From an uncultured Bacteroidales bacterium (GTDB lineage Bacteria; Bacteroidota; Bacteroidia; Bacteroidales; VadinHA17), in NCBI GenBank assembly GCA_963698535.1, contig CAVORD010000001.1:1895823-1959822 (forward strand): 64,000 bases of DNA. The letters run 5' to 3'. A program made the translations under genes and the position numbers. Positions 8,118 to 18,402 of the stretch are shown here, piece by piece (within the stretch, counting starts at the first letter, position 1; every line of letters starts with the position of its first letter). Under the pieces are notes generated by a model that had not been told where the DNA came from, made no database searches, and saw only the letters and a list, made by a program, of their open reading frames with translations.

Positions 8118-10547
8118 CTATTTCTTATTTTTTACATACTTATCCAGCCATTGGACAAACTCCCAATGCATGTGCAGTGCTGACTCTCTGGCTGCATATC
8201 CGTGGCTTTCGTAAGGGAGCATCACAAGCCTTGTTGTTGCTCCAAATCCCTTAAGGGCAGCAAAGTAGCGCTCACTCTGAATAGGGAATGTTCCGCTGTT
8301 ATTGTCGGCCATTCCGTGAATAAGCATCAACGGATCTTTTACTTTGTCAGCATTCATGAAAGGACTCATGGTGTTATAAATATCAGGGGCTTCCCAGTAG
8401 CTTCTTCTCTCATTCTGGAAACCGAATGGTGTCAATGTCCTGTTATATGCACCACTTCGGGCGATACCGGCAGCAAATAATCTGGTGTGTGAAAGGAGGT
8501 TGGCTGTCATAAAAGCACCGTATGAGTGACCACTTACAGCTACCCTGTTCCTGTCGGTTACACCCATCTCTACAGCCTTGTCGATCGCGGCCTCAGCATT
8601 GGCAACCAGTTGTTCCACGAATGTATCATTGGACTCCTGTCCATCAGCACCCACAATCGGGAATGCTGCATCGTTAAGGACTGCATATCCTTCTGTTACA
8701 TATACAAGTACCGATAAAATTGAAACGCGGGTGAAGGTATAGGGAGATCCGCTAACCTGACCTGCTGCATCGGCATCATTGAACTCCCGTGGATAAGCCC
8801 ATAGGATAGTAGGAAGCGGACCGTCTTTCTCCTTGTTGTATCCTGCAGGCAGGTACAGTGTGAAAGAGAGGTCTATGCCATCCTTGCGCTTGTAAGTTAC
8901 CAGCTCCTTGGTTACACCAGCCATCCCCGGATAGGGGTTTGTAAAATCAGTAACCATGGTCAGTTTACCGCTCTTGAGATCACGAATAAAATAGTTGGGA
9001 GGATCGTTTACCGACTGTCTGTTCGTAAGGATCAAACCTTTTTCTATGTTAAGTATCTCATCAACATTCTCAAAGTAGGGAGCTTCCGATCTCCACATTC
9101 TGGTGATCTTACCATCAGCAACCCTGTATTTATCGAGGAAGGGACGGTCGCCTTCAGACGAAGCACCCTGACCTGTCAGGAAAAGAGATTTTCCTTTGTC
9201 GGCAAAGAAGAGAACATTTCTGCCATAATTATTTCTTTCCATAATGAACCTTCCGGGGTTGTTGTACCGGTCGTCCATTTTGTTTTCAAATATCTTCTTA
9301 ACGGTCCCCTCAGGTTTTGAAGGGTTAAAAGAGCTTACAACTCCAACTCTTGTCTTCTGCAAACCTTCATTGATCAATGCAAAATCCTCTTTGCCCCATG
9401 TAATACCCTGGTATCTCATTGTGGTAGCAATAAACTTTGCAGGTGTTCCTGTGAATGGTGCATCGAGGGTATAAACCTGATCGTGATATTCCATCTCCTT
9501 GCTGTAATCACCGCCATCAAGAGCCTCAACCCAGTAAAGGGTGGATGGCCTGTCTGGTCGCCATGAATATGATCTTGGACCCGGATAAACCATGTCGTAA
9601 CCTCTGGGGAGATTCTCCCTTAGCGGCTCTGTTAAAAGGGTCTTAACCTTTTCTCCTGTTACATTCCATATTTCAGTGGTTCCTCCAAAGTAGCTATAGG
9701 GAACAATATATGAGAAGGGACGGGTCTTCTTTTCAACAACAAGGTACTTACCGTCGGGTGATATATTAATATCGGTATACATGGCAGGAGTACCAAGCTT
9801 TATTACACTGGTACCGTTCCATATAGATACCTCGCTTGTTCCAAAATACTCAAAAAGAGCCTCATCGGTAGGATCCTGAAGCATATCCTGGAAAGTTCTG
9901 GACTGACCGAGCTTGCCCATATTTTCCTGAACAACCGGACCTTTCGGAACCAGGCTGCGAACGGGCCGGGGCCCCCTGTTTGCAGGTATTGAAAGAAATA
10001 TTAAACTCTTATTGTCGGGAAGCCATGTTGCACCTCCTCTGAATCTTGAACCGAACAGGGTATTTAACCCTTTGGCTATAAGGTCAACCTTAAGAGATGC
10101 CACATCTCCTGTATAGAGGTCGATCGACTCTGCCCCAATAACAGTTACTGCTATCTTCTTGCTGTCGTCCGAGAAGCTAACCGACCCGATCTTGACATCG
10201 GCAGGGAACCCGGTAATATTACCTATCTCCTCACCGGTAATTTTTCTAACAATAATACCGGTACCATATGATTGCCTGCTTGGTCCGTTTATTGAAGGAT
10301 CAATTCTTAAACCGGCGAGCCTTAACTCATCAATTGCCAGGTCAGCGATTGTTGGTATACCCGGACGTGTCATTAGGAGCATCATCTGTTTGTCGGGGCT
10401 GATTATCACCATCGGAGTCAGTGGAGCATCGACAATATCAATTATTGCTTTTGAGGGCAATTTATAATTCAATGCACCCTGGCCATACGCTGAAGGTATG
10501 AGCAATGGAAGGCAAAGAATCAGGGTAAGTAGTGACCTTGTTTTCAT
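8118..10547 (-). CDS. S9 (prolyl oligopeptidase family) serine peptidase with N-terminal beta-propeller, secreted
   Basis: Carries the GHSYGAFMT nucleophile elbow and the C-terminal alpha/beta hydrolase His region (YESHGY). Signal peptide MKTRSLLTLILCLPLL from ATG 10547; the listed ORF start at 10583 is TTG. Confidence 0.85.
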   Translation of the reverse strand: MKTRSLLTLILCLPLLIPSAYGQGALNYKLPSKAIIDIVDAPLTPMVIISPDKQMMLLMTRPGIPTIADLAIDELRLAGLRIDPSINGPSRQSYGTGIIVRKITGEEIGNITGFPADVKIGSVSFSDDSKKIAVTVIGAESIDLYTGDVASLKVDLIAKGLNTLFGSRFRGGATWLPDNKSLIFLSIPANRGPRPVRSLVPKGPVVQENMGKLGQSRTFQDMLQDPTDEALFEYFGTSEVSIWNGTSVIKLGTPAMYTDINISPDGKYLVVEKKTRPFSYIVPYSYFGGTTEIWNVTGEKVKTLLTEPLRENLPRGYDMVYPGPRSYSWRPDRPSTLYWVEALDGGDYSKEMEYHDQVYTLDAPFTGTPAKFIATTMRYQGITWGKEDFALINEGLQKTRVGVVSSFNPSKPEGTVKKIFENKMDDRYNNPGRFIMERNNYGRNVLFFADKGKSLFLTGQGASSEGDRPFLDKYRVADGKITRMWRSEAPYFENVDEILNIEKGLILTNRQSVNDPPNYFIRDLKSGKLTMVTDFTNPYPGMAGVTKELVTYKRKDGIDLSFTLYLPAGYNKEKDGPLPTILWAYPREFNDADAAGQVSGSPYTFTRVSILSVLVYVTEGYAVLNDAAFPIVGADGQESNDTFVEQLVANAEAAIDKAVEMGVTDRNRVAVSGHSYGAFMTANLLSHTRLFAAGIARSGAYNRTLTPFGFQNERRSYWEAPDIYNTMSPFMNADKVKDPLMLIHGMADNNSGTFPIQSERYFAALKGFGATTRLVMLPYESHGYAARESALHMHWEFVQWLDKYVKNKK

Positions 10548-10683
10548 AATATTCCCTTTTTTTGATTTAATGTTATACTTCAAAGATATTGTATCTGATG
10601 AATTTCAATTATAAATCAGGCATTTGTAACATTTTTTAACATAACCGATTATTGTTTACTTTGTCTCAGGAAATTATAATGAT

Positions 10684-11502
10684 ATGGATCAGGATCTTTC
10701 AAAAATCGTAAATGAGGCGTGGGAAAACAGAGAACTCCTAAAGGACTCAGCTGTTCGTCGTGTTATACGGGATGTAATTGAGTTACTGGATAAGGGCACT
10801 GTAAGAGTTGCTGAACCTGACGGTGATGGGTGGAAGGTAAACCAATGGGTAAAGAAAGCCGTTATTCTCTATTTCCCTATCCAGAAAATGGAAGTAATTG
10901 AATCCGGGGCCTTTGAATTCCATGATAAGATACCTGTAAAAAAGGATTTCGGATCTCTGGGAGTAAGAGTGGTACCACAGGCAATTGCACGGTTTGGCTC
11001 ATACCTTGCCCCCGGTGTGATCCTTATGCCTTCGTATGTAAATATTGGTGCATGGGTGGATGAGGGAACCATGGTTGATACATGGGCAACCGTCGGATCA
11101 TGCGCACAGGTGGGTAAGTATGTCCATCTAAGCGGTGGTGTTGGAATAGGAGGCGTTCTGGAACCGGTCCAGGCGGCACCGGTGGTTATAGAGGATAACT
11201 GTTTTATCGGATCACGAAGCATTGTTGTTGAAGGGGCCAGGATCTGTTCAGAAGCCGTCCTTGGAGCAAATACCGTTATTACCGGCTCAACAAGGATCAT
11301 TGATGTCTCTTCGTCCGTTCCTGTAGAGTATAAAGGATTTGTTCCTCCCAGATCAGTTGTAATACCTGGTACCGTCGCAAAAAAATTCCCGGCAGGAGAA
11401 TATGGTGTTCAATGTGCACTCATCATTGGGAAAAGAAAAGAATCAACAGATAAGAAAACATCACTTAATGACGCCCTGAGGGAGTATGATGTTCAGGCCT
11501 GA
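10684..11502 (+). CDS. dapD: 2,3,4,5-tetrahydropyridine-2,6-dicarboxylate N-succinyltransferase
   Basis: 272 aa. Left-handed beta-helix hexapeptide repeats and a typical DapD N-terminus (NEAWENRELL...). Confidence 0.85.
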   Translation: MDQDLSKIVNEAWENRELLKDSAVRRVIRDVIELLDKGTVRVAEPDGDGWKVNQWVKKAVILYFPIQKMEVIESGAFEFHDKIPVKKDFGSLGVRVVPQAIARFGSYLAPGVILMPSYVNIGAWVDEGTMVDTWATVGSCAQVGKYVHLSGGVGIGGVLEPVQAAPVVIEDNCFIGSRSIVVEGARICSEAVLGANTVITGSTRIIDVSSSVPVEYKGFVPPRSVVIPGTVAKKFPAGEYGVQCALIIGKRKESTDKKTSLNDALREYDVQA

Positions 11503-11509
11503 AACAGTC

Positions 11510-12127
11510 TCAGCCTACTATAGTCCGCTCCGATACTGAACAATCCCACTCTTTTACCGGTTCGTTCCAGTTGCCATATTTAGCACGAAGATATGCCTTA
11601 TGGTCGGCAGGAACACTATACAGCCTTCCACGATATTCAACCAGGTCGAATCCCAAATAGTGTTTTTCGGGAACACGCATTAGCTTGCCCTTTGCCATCC
11701 AATATGCGTATCCTCCATGATAATATTTTATAAATATGTCGGCTGTGAGTAGCGACCCTTTAAGAAATGGCAGAATTTTGGAGGCAAGAGAGTAAAAAAG
11801 TGGCTTTATCCTAATAACTCTCATTTCTACAGGAGAAGCAGGTTCTGGCTTTGTACTATAGTTCAGTACCCTGGTTCGATATCCGTATGAACGGAGTGCC
11901 TTGAGTACACCGGGTATCTTGTCGGCGTCGTCAGACATGATCGAAAGATCAATATCATGGTCCCATTCAAGAAACTCCCGGTCGCGAACAAATCCCAGCA
12001 GAGTTCCTCCTTCAAGGTGATATCTGATCTTATTCTCATCAAGCAAACCAACAATGATCGTTAGTAAGCTTCTGGCTTTTTCAAGCTTTCTGTCGCTGGT
12101 AAATTGCTTTGCTGCCATAATATTCAA
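11510..12127 (-). CDS. LicD family phosphotransferase (phosphocholine/phospho-alditol transfer)
   Basis: Carries the LicD signature LEGGTLLGFVRDREFLEWDHDIDLSI. Confidence 0.75.
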   Translation of the reverse strand: MNIMAAKQFTSDRKLEKARSLLTIIVGLLDENKIRYHLEGGTLLGFVRDREFLEWDHDIDLSIMSDDADKIPGVLKALRSYGYRTRVLNYSTKPEPASPVEMRVIRIKPLFYSLASKILPFLKGSLLTADIFIKYYHGGYAYWMAKGKLMRVPEKHYLGFDLVEYRGRLYSVPADHKAYLRAKYGNWNEPVKEWDCSVSERTIVG

Positions 12128-12294
12128 TTGTGCGAAAATATCACCTTTTTACTTAAAAATATAAGGAAGGTTGAATTTATCATCTCAAACCTGTCTAATG
12201 AAGCACCCAAACTTTCATCATCCTGCAACCTGAAAGTTGATCGAATCACTATCTTTGCAACTCATACAGATGTTTCATTAAATATTTTTTACCG

Positions 12295-12984
12295 GTGAAA
12301 ATAGTAATTCTTGCAGCAGGCATTGGTTCCAGACTAGGAAACCCGTTTCCCAAACCTCTTACACCACTTAAAAACGGCAAGTCTATTATGGCCCGCCAGA
12401 TATCCAATATCTCCGGGTTTTTTAACCCCTCCGATATTGCTGTCGTTGTAGGCTTTAAAAAGGACCTTATTATGGAGTCCTTCCCGGATCTTCTCTATAT
12501 TTATAACCCGCAATTCGACCAGACCAATACATCAAAAAGCCTCTTGCGAGCATTGAAAAAATTCAAAAATGAACCTGTATTATGGCTTAACGGTGATGTC
12601 GTATTCGACAGTGAGATCCTTGGCAAACTGACTCCCCTTGTTGATAAAAACCAGTCGTTTGTTGCCGTAAACAACAGCGAAGTGGCCGAGGAAGAGGTTA
12701 AGTATTCTATCGATAAAAATGGTTTCATTAAAGATATCAGCAAGAAGGTGAAACCTGCCCTGGGAGAAGCTGTTGGTATCAATTTTATATCCTCATCAGA
12801 CATAGAGCTGTTTATCAGGCATCTTGAGAAATGCGGAGACAATGACTATTTCGAGAGAGGACTTGAGACAGCTATAGCGGAAGACGGGCTAAGGATCCTC
12901 CCTGTTGACATTTCCGAAATGAGGTGTATTGAGGTTGACTTTGAAGAAGATCTGAATAATGCCAATAATTTATTTAGCGAATAG
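12295..12984 (+). CDS. sugar/alcohol-phosphate nucleotidyltransferase (LicC/TarI-like cytidylyltransferase)
   Basis: GTG start. N-terminal NTP-transferase loop KIVILAAGIGSRLG...PKPLTPL. 229 aa. Confidence 0.75.
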   Translation: MKIVILAAGIGSRLGNPFPKPLTPLKNGKSIMARQISNISGFFNPSDIAVVVGFKKDLIMESFPDLLYIYNPQFDQTNTSKSLLRALKKFKNEPVLWLNGDVVFDSEILGKLTPLVDKNQSFVAVNNSEVAEEEVKYSIDKNGFIKDISKKVKPALGEAVGINFISSSDIELFIRHLEKCGDNDYFERGLETAIAEDGLRILPVDISEMRCIEVDFEEDLNNANNLFSE

Positions 12985-12992
12985 GTCATTAA

Positions 12993-14039
12993 ATGAAGTA
13001 TCTCCTCTTTGTACAGCATCCTTATGCGCTGGGAATATTAAAACCCATCGCTATTGAGCTTGAGAAGTTGAAAGAGGAGTATATGTGGTTCATTCCCGAA
13101 GGCTTAGCCTCAGGTTTTGGAAATAACCACCCTGGTTCATTCTCCTCAGACCTGGAAATTATATACAGATGGTCGCCTTCAATAATATTTTGTCCGGGCA
13201 ATGAAGTCCCCTACTGGATGCCCGGACTTAAGGTTCAGATATTTCACGGACTGGCAGGGGAGAAGAAAGGTCACTTCAGAATAAGGCACTATTTCGACCT
13301 CTATCTCACACCCGGACCATGGTTCACTTCCCGGTTCAACGATCTTGCCCTGAAACATGGCAACTTTGCGGTTAAAGAGACCGGATGGAGCAAACTCGAC
13401 GTCCTCTTCAGTGATTTAAAAGATGATGCCGGCATAAGATCATTAAAGGATAAAGGAGATGGATACAGCGGTATAATACTCTATGCTCCTACCTTCTCCC
13501 CTTCCCTCACTTCTGCTCCTGCTCTCAGGGAGGAGATTTTCAATGTGGCTTCCCGACTAAACTTATTCCTTATCATTAAGTTCCACGATCTTACCGATAA
13601 GAGTATCGTCAGTGAATACAAAGAAAAGATAGAAAGGCGTAGTAATTGTGTGCTTTATGAAGGTAAGAATATTTTACCTGCCATGCATGCATCCGATATT
13701 ATGGTTAGTGATACCTCTTCTGTTATTTACGAATTTATGCTTCTTGACAAACCGGTAGTTACCCTAAACACGCGTAGTGGGAATCCTCTTTGGTATGATC
13801 TTAATGATCCTGCTGAACTTCCTGGTGCAGTTGAGAAGAGTATTACAGATGATCCCTTCAAGCCGGGTCGGAAATGGTACCTTGATAATTACCACCCTTA
13901 CACCGATGGCAAGTCGTCGGAGCGAATAATAAAAGCAGCGAGGGAACATGCCGAAAAGTCCGGTGTCCCCCCTGAAAGAGATCTAAGCTGGTTCAGACGC
14001 ATTAAGATAAACAGGATGTTTGGCCGAAAACCAGATTAA
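12993..14039 (+). CDS. CDP-glycerol/ribitol glycerophosphotransferase (TagB/TagF) family protein
   Basis: TagF-type motifs ILYAPTFSP, KFHDL and MVSDTSSVIYEFMLLDKPVV. Confidence 0.75.
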   Translation: MKYLLFVQHPYALGILKPIAIELEKLKEEYMWFIPEGLASGFGNNHPGSFSSDLEIIYRWSPSIIFCPGNEVPYWMPGLKVQIFHGLAGEKKGHFRIRHYFDLYLTPGPWFTSRFNDLALKHGNFAVKETGWSKLDVLFSDLKDDAGIRSLKDKGDGYSGIILYAPTFSPSLTSAPALREEIFNVASRLNLFLIIKFHDLTDKSIVSEYKEKIERRSNCVLYEGKNILPAMHASDIMVSDTSSVIYEFMLLDKPVVTLNTRSGNPLWYDLNDPAELPGAVEKSITDDPFKPGRKWYLDNYHPYTDGKSSERIIKAAREHAEKSGVPPERDLSWFRRIKINRMFGRKPD

Positions 14040-14058
14040 AATATCGTATAGGATCCTT

Positions 14059-14754
14059 TTATTTCGATCTGACCCTTCCCGAGCCGCTTACAGTGGCATC
14101 GATACGTGGTTCGCCATCGTAAATTATGCTCCCGCTACCGGATACCCTGGCTGTTAGTTTTTCAGAAACATTACATCTGCTGCTTCCGCTGCCCGAAATA
14201 ACAAAGGCCGATGTCATTGTCTGCACATTTTCAGCATAGTAACCACCCGAACCGCTTATTTTTACTTCAGCGCTGGCAACGCTTCCCGGTCCCTCAACTT
14301 TTATATTTCCTGAGCCTGAAATTATACTCTCCATACTCTCATATTTTACCTGAGCAAGGATTATATTTCCACTCCCGCTTATCACCAGAGATAGATCACT
14401 CCCTTTCATATCCGATTTTGAATATATGTTCCCCGATCCGGAAACAGCGAGTCCCTTAACCTCCGGCATAGTAATTTTAACTACCAGTTTTCCTGTCATC
14501 CGTCTGTTCCATGAGGTGCTGGAGATCATAAGTTTTTCTCCCTTTACTACTGTAGTAATCTCTTTGATAAGATCTTTGTTCCCTTCGAGGACTACGCTGT
14601 ATTTGTCTCCAATGGTAACATATACATCCCCCGAAACGCCGAAAGCAACATAATTGAAACCACTGACATCTCTCTTTTCGCTAAAACTGTCTTGCGCAAT
14701 GGCAAAGCCGCTTAGCATGAATAGTGCCAGCGTAAATGATAATACTCTTTTCAT
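14059..14754 (-). CDS. DUF2807 / head-GIN (putative adhesin head) domain protein, secreted
   Basis: Signal peptide plus about 7 iterations of the (V/I)SGSG(N/S)I beta-helix motif. Confidence 0.75.
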   Translation of the reverse strand: MKRVLSFTLALFMLSGFAIAQDSFSEKRDVSGFNYVAFGVSGDVYVTIGDKYSVVLEGNKDLIKEITTVVKGEKLMISSTSWNRRMTGKLVVKITMPEVKGLAVSGSGNIYSKSDMKGSDLSLVISGSGNIILAQVKYESMESIISGSGNIKVEGPGSVASAEVKISGSGGYYAENVQTMTSAFVISGSGSSRCNVSEKLTARVSGSGSIIYDGEPRIDATVSGSGRVRSK

Positions 14755-14818
14755 GATTTGGTTTAAATTGATACAGGTTAAAGACGAGGCTTTATATTCA
14801 CCGCTGCATCAATTCCGG

Positions 14819-15337
14819 TCAGTTATTGATGTCGACCAGCCCCTCCGGGATCCTTAAAACTATCTCTCTCTTCTCCTCATCGAAATTAACAACCAGATCC
14901 TCATGAAAGGGAATAAGTATTTCCCTGCCATTAAATTCTGCCTGAAGTATGAGCTGAAACCCGGTATCGATGAATCCGGTTATTACCGACTTGACCATGC
15001 CGTCATCTGACAAGAGCATAAACCCCTTAAGAATTTCGGGTGAGAGATGTTTCTCCTTCGATCTGTCTGATGTTACCTGGCAGAGGATTTTACAACCTAC
15101 AAACTCCGTCATCGATCCGGTTGAATCGTAGCCATCGAATTTAATGATGAGTGTTGCTCCTGCACCATCGACCCATTCCGGAAAAAAAGGAACCGGCTTC
15201 CCCTCAACTTCAAGGAATACCGGTTCATCTTCTATAATCTTATCTGCCAACCAACTCTCTGCCTTTACAACTACTGCTCCCTCAAACCCATGGGTTTTAA
15301 GGATAGTACCTCCGGAAATCAGGTTTTCAGATTTCAT
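14819..15337 (-). CDS. rimM: 16S rRNA processing protein RimM
   Basis: 172 aa. N-terminal GTILKTHGFEGAV motif, located directly downstream of rpsP. Confidence 0.85.
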   Translation of the reverse strand: MKSENLISGGTILKTHGFEGAVVVKAESWLADKIIEDEPVFLEVEGKPVPFFPEWVDGAGATLIIKFDGYDSTGSMTEFVGCKILCQVTSDRSKEKHLSPEILKGFMLLSDDGMVKSVITGFIDTGFQLILQAEFNGREILIPFHEDLVVNFDEEKREIVLRIPEGLVDINN

Positions 15338-15357
15338 TTCAACTTTTGAAGAGAGAG

Positions 15358-16032
15358 CTACTCTTTGGGAGCCTCTTCAGTTGTCTCTTCCGCGGTTGTT
15401 TCTTCAGCAGGTGTCTCAGCAACAGGCTCTTCAGCTACTACTTCTGTAACTGCCTCTTCAGCAACTGCCTCAACTACTGATTCTTCAGCAACCTCTGCTG
15501 CCACTTCTTCTGCCTCATCTTCGGTATCAGGAGTAATTGCTTCAACTGCTGCTGCTGCTTCAGCTGCAACAAGTGCTGATCTTTTCCTGGCGATCTCGGC
15601 AATACGTTTTTCGTTTATTGACTTTTCAGCCTCAATGCGCTTCTTCTTGTCATCTTCGCTCTCCTTCTCAAGACCTGATTTTTTGGATTCGATCTTGTTC
15701 TCTTTCTCCTTCATCCAGTCGTTGAAACGTTTTTCAGCTTCTTCTTCATTGAAAGCGCCTTTTTTAACACCATCGAGGAGGTGTTTCTTCATCATAACGC
15801 CTTTGTATGAAAGGATCGCCCTGCAAGTATCTGTAGGTTGCGCCCCTTTCATCAGCCAATCCAACGCCTTATCGAAATTGAGGTCGATAGTAGCCGGATT
15901 GGTAAGAGGGTTGTAAACACCGATCTTCTCGATGTACCTGCCATCGCGTGGCGCCCTGCTGTCTGCTACCACCACGTGGTAGATGACTTTCTTCTTACGG
16001 CCTTTTCTGGCCAGTCTGATTTTAGTTGCCAT
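15358..16032 (-). CDS. rpsP: 30S ribosomal protein S16 with long Glu/Ala/Lys-rich C-terminal extension
   Basis: N-terminus [42 protein letters not shown], followed by about 140 aa of low-complexity tail. Confidence 0.95.
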   Translation of the reverse strand: MATKIRLARKGRKKKVIYHVVVADSRAPRDGRYIEKIGVYNPLTNPATIDLNFDKALDWLMKGAQPTDTCRAILSYKGVMMKKHLLDGVKKGAFNEEEAEKRFNDWMKEKENKIESKKSGLEKESEDDKKKRIEAEKSINEKRIAEIARKRSALVAAEAAAAVEAITPDTEDEAEEVAAEVAEESVVEAVAEEAVTEVVAEEPVAETPAEETTAEETTEEAPKE

Positions 16033-16143
16033 TTAGTTGTAAATCTTTAACTATTAGTTTATAAAAATGTGGCTGCAAAGATATATTATTATTGTTTAAG
16101 AGACAAGAAGAAAACTTAAAATGGAATTTAATTAGAGTGAAGC

Positions 16144-16746
16144 CTAAAGGGTTAACCCAATGTAAACTGCGAAGCACCTGTTTTTTAAAGTCTCTCTTGT
16201 GCTGGATGAGATATTATTCAGTCCATTGCTATAATTAATGCCAAACTTTATAACATCCACTTCAAATGCGAACCCCAGATTAAATCCATAATCTAAAAGT
16301 TTAAGTTCTCCTTCATCATTTCCAAAATTGATTTTTGTAGTACTATCGTCTGATTTTGATTTCGCCGAAACTCCTATCCCGAAGTAAGGTCCGGCCTCAA
16401 AGGTCATCCAGAAGTCCTCCAGATCAAATTTATACCGGAGATTCGCAGGAAGACTCAGATAGTTGACTCTCAAAGTGAAGTCACTCAGATTTACAGTATC
16501 TGCCTTTATAAGGAATCCTTTATTGATGAAGTCTGACCCTATGCTAAGATAAAAATTTTCAGCCAGTTCAAATTCGCTATCGAGCCCGATCAGAAACCCG
16601 GCTTTCTTATTTGGTTCAATGCTTACAGTATCAATAAAAAACTGCACATTGGATACTGATAATCCGCTGTGAAGCGTAAATTTCTGTCCATACATCGAAG
16701 TGAATGATGCAATCATAAATGCATATACCAAGAATAATTTTTTCAT
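16144..16746 (-). CDS. small outer-membrane beta-barrel (porin family) protein
   Basis: Signal peptide, alternating beta-strand pattern, C-terminal aromatic-rich strand. Visibly lower GC than its neighbours. Confidence 0.65.
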   Translation of the reverse strand: MKKLFLVYAFMIASFTSMYGQKFTLHSGLSVSNVQFFIDTVSIEPNKKAGFLIGLDSEFELAENFYLSIGSDFINKGFLIKADTVNLSDFTLRVNYLSLPANLRYKFDLEDFWMTFEAGPYFGIGVSAKSKSDDSTTKINFGNDEGELKLLDYGFNLGFAFEVDVIKFGINYSNGLNNISSSTRETLKNRCFAVYIGLTL

Positions 16747-16830
16747 ATAAACAAAAAGGATATTCTGATTAAATAGTATATAAAACTAACTTGAAAAAGC
16801 TTAAAAGCATAATTATATCTTCAAAAACAA

Positions 16831-16866
16831 ATAAAATAAAAGGAGGCTGATTCCCTCAGCCTCCTT
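16831..16866 (-). terminator. Rho-independent terminator after the SusD-like gene
   Basis: Stem AGGAGGCTGA/TCAGCCTCCT (16841-16865) with loop TTCCC. The minus strand continues TTTATTTTAT. Confidence 0.75.
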
Positions 16867-16887
16867 TTATTGAATCAAATAGAAATA

Positions 16888-18369
16888 CTAGTAACCTGTG
16901 TTTTGCACCAAATTAGGATTAACATCTATTTCCCTTTGAGGTATAGGATAGACCATTCTCGGGTCATCCCATGGAATGGATTCACCTGCATAAGATGATC
17001 CTGATGGAGCCACAACACTTCCACCCCATCTTTTTAGATCGTGCAGTGCATGGCCTTCGAAGCATAGTTCCTTATATCGGTCCATTTTAATAAGGTCGAT
17101 AGTAATATCTCCGGCTCCCGCAATAAGTGAAGCCTTAGCTCTGGCCCTGATCAGGTTCAAGTCGTTAAGCGGAGTATCTCCTATTGGTGCACCAACGTTC
17201 ATGAAGTTAGCTTCCGCCCTTGTAAGGTACATCTCGGCCAGTCTGATTACGTTAATATAGGCATCATATCGTCCCCACTTAGTGGTCCTTCTGCGGCCCG
17301 CCCTGGTACCGTAACCCCAATAGTACATCTTTGAGATTTCATTTATGACCTTGGCTTCCGGGTTATCCTCAAGGCCTCCCCTCAGATCACCAGCCTCAAA
17401 AAGTGCGATCTGAGCAGACTGAATCCTGACATCGCCCCGGCCATAACCTGGCATACTTGCAAAAAAGGTACCTATACCATTATTTGAAGATCCTGCATTG
17501 CTATACAAATTCTGGCGTATCATGAAGACATCCTCAGAAGTATACCCAGGGTTGTTAAAGCAGGCTCTCGGTGTTACATTAAGAGCCTCGGGTCCAAATT
17601 CATTAATTACTATTGTTGCTTCGGTAGCAGTGTTTACCCAGTCCTTCATAGAGAAATATACTCTTGCAAGGAAAGCACTTGCATTTGTAGAGGTTGCAAG
17701 GCCTCTGCTCGAGCCAGCTTTACCGGGAGAAAGCAAAGCCTTAGCATCCCCCAGATCATTCAGAATTTGAGTATACACAGCTCCAACGTTAGCTCTTGAT
17801 GGTTCCGTAACATCATCAAAAACCATAACTGGAGTCAAAACAATAGGGACACCAAGATGGGTGTTACCAGGTGTATATCCATATGGTTGAGCAAAGAACC
17901 TGACCAGTTCAAAGTAGAGGATTCCGCGAATAAACTTAGCTTCGCCCTCCACCCTGTCTCTTTCCGAAGCTGAACTAATAATTGAGAGGTTTGCAAGTAC
18001 ATTATTGCAAACATTTATTGCCTCGTAAGCATCGTTCCACTTTGCAGCAATTGTTCCTTCATTTGGATTAAGCATCTTCCTGTACATGTTTCTCCAACCC
18101 ACAAATGTTCCATCCCAAACAAGGTAAGTAGAACTATTGGCTGCGAGAAGATCGGATTGAAATATGCTTGTCCCTGCATACAAATTAGCCCCTCCAAGGT
18201 TATTATATGCTCCGTCCAGCGCGAGTTTAACGCCTTCTTCAGTAGTATAAACCTGATCGTAATCGATACCTAACTCAGGATCAAGGTCAAGATATTTTTC
18301 GCAGGCTGTAAGCAAGGTTATTATCCCAACAGCCCCAAGTAATATGAAATATTTTATTGTTCTCATCAT
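16888..18369 (-). CDS. RagB/SusD family nutrient-uptake outer-membrane lipoprotein
   Basis: 493 aa. Lipobox LLTAC, SusD-like TPR-rich fold, immediately downstream of the SusC gene. Confidence 0.9.
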   Translation of the reverse strand: MMRTIKYFILLGAVGIITLLTACEKYLDLDPELGIDYDQVYTTEEGVKLALDGAYNNLGGANLYAGTSIFQSDLLAANSSTYLVWDGTFVGWRNMYRKMLNPNEGTIAAKWNDAYEAINVCNNVLANLSIISSASERDRVEGEAKFIRGILYFELVRFFAQPYGYTPGNTHLGVPIVLTPVMVFDDVTEPSRANVGAVYTQILNDLGDAKALLSPGKAGSSRGLATSTNASAFLARVYFSMKDWVNTATEATIVINEFGPEALNVTPRACFNNPGYTSEDVFMIRQNLYSNAGSSNNGIGTFFASMPGYGRGDVRIQSAQIALFEAGDLRGGLEDNPEAKVINEISKMYYWGYGTRAGRRRTTKWGRYDAYINVIRLAEMYLTRAEANFMNVGAPIGDTPLNDLNLIRARAKASLIAGAGDITIDLIKMDRYKELCFEGHALHDLKRWGGSVVAPSGSSYAGESIPWDDPRMVYPIPQREIDVNPNLVQNTGY

Positions 18370-18402
18370 CTTTAGAGTTTTTTAATTAATAGTTCCTCTA
18401 GA

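Noticed and set aside
11510-14039. LicD/NT/TagF trio as a horizontally acquired island.
   Set aside because: Base composition looks similar to its surroundings by eye, and no mobility genes or tRNA flank it. Foreign origin cannot be supported from the sequence alone.
15365-15916. 183-aa Ser/Ala-rich ORF antisense to rpsP.
   Set aside because: It is a mirror image of the Glu/Ala-rich S16 tail codons. This is a low-complexity artefact.
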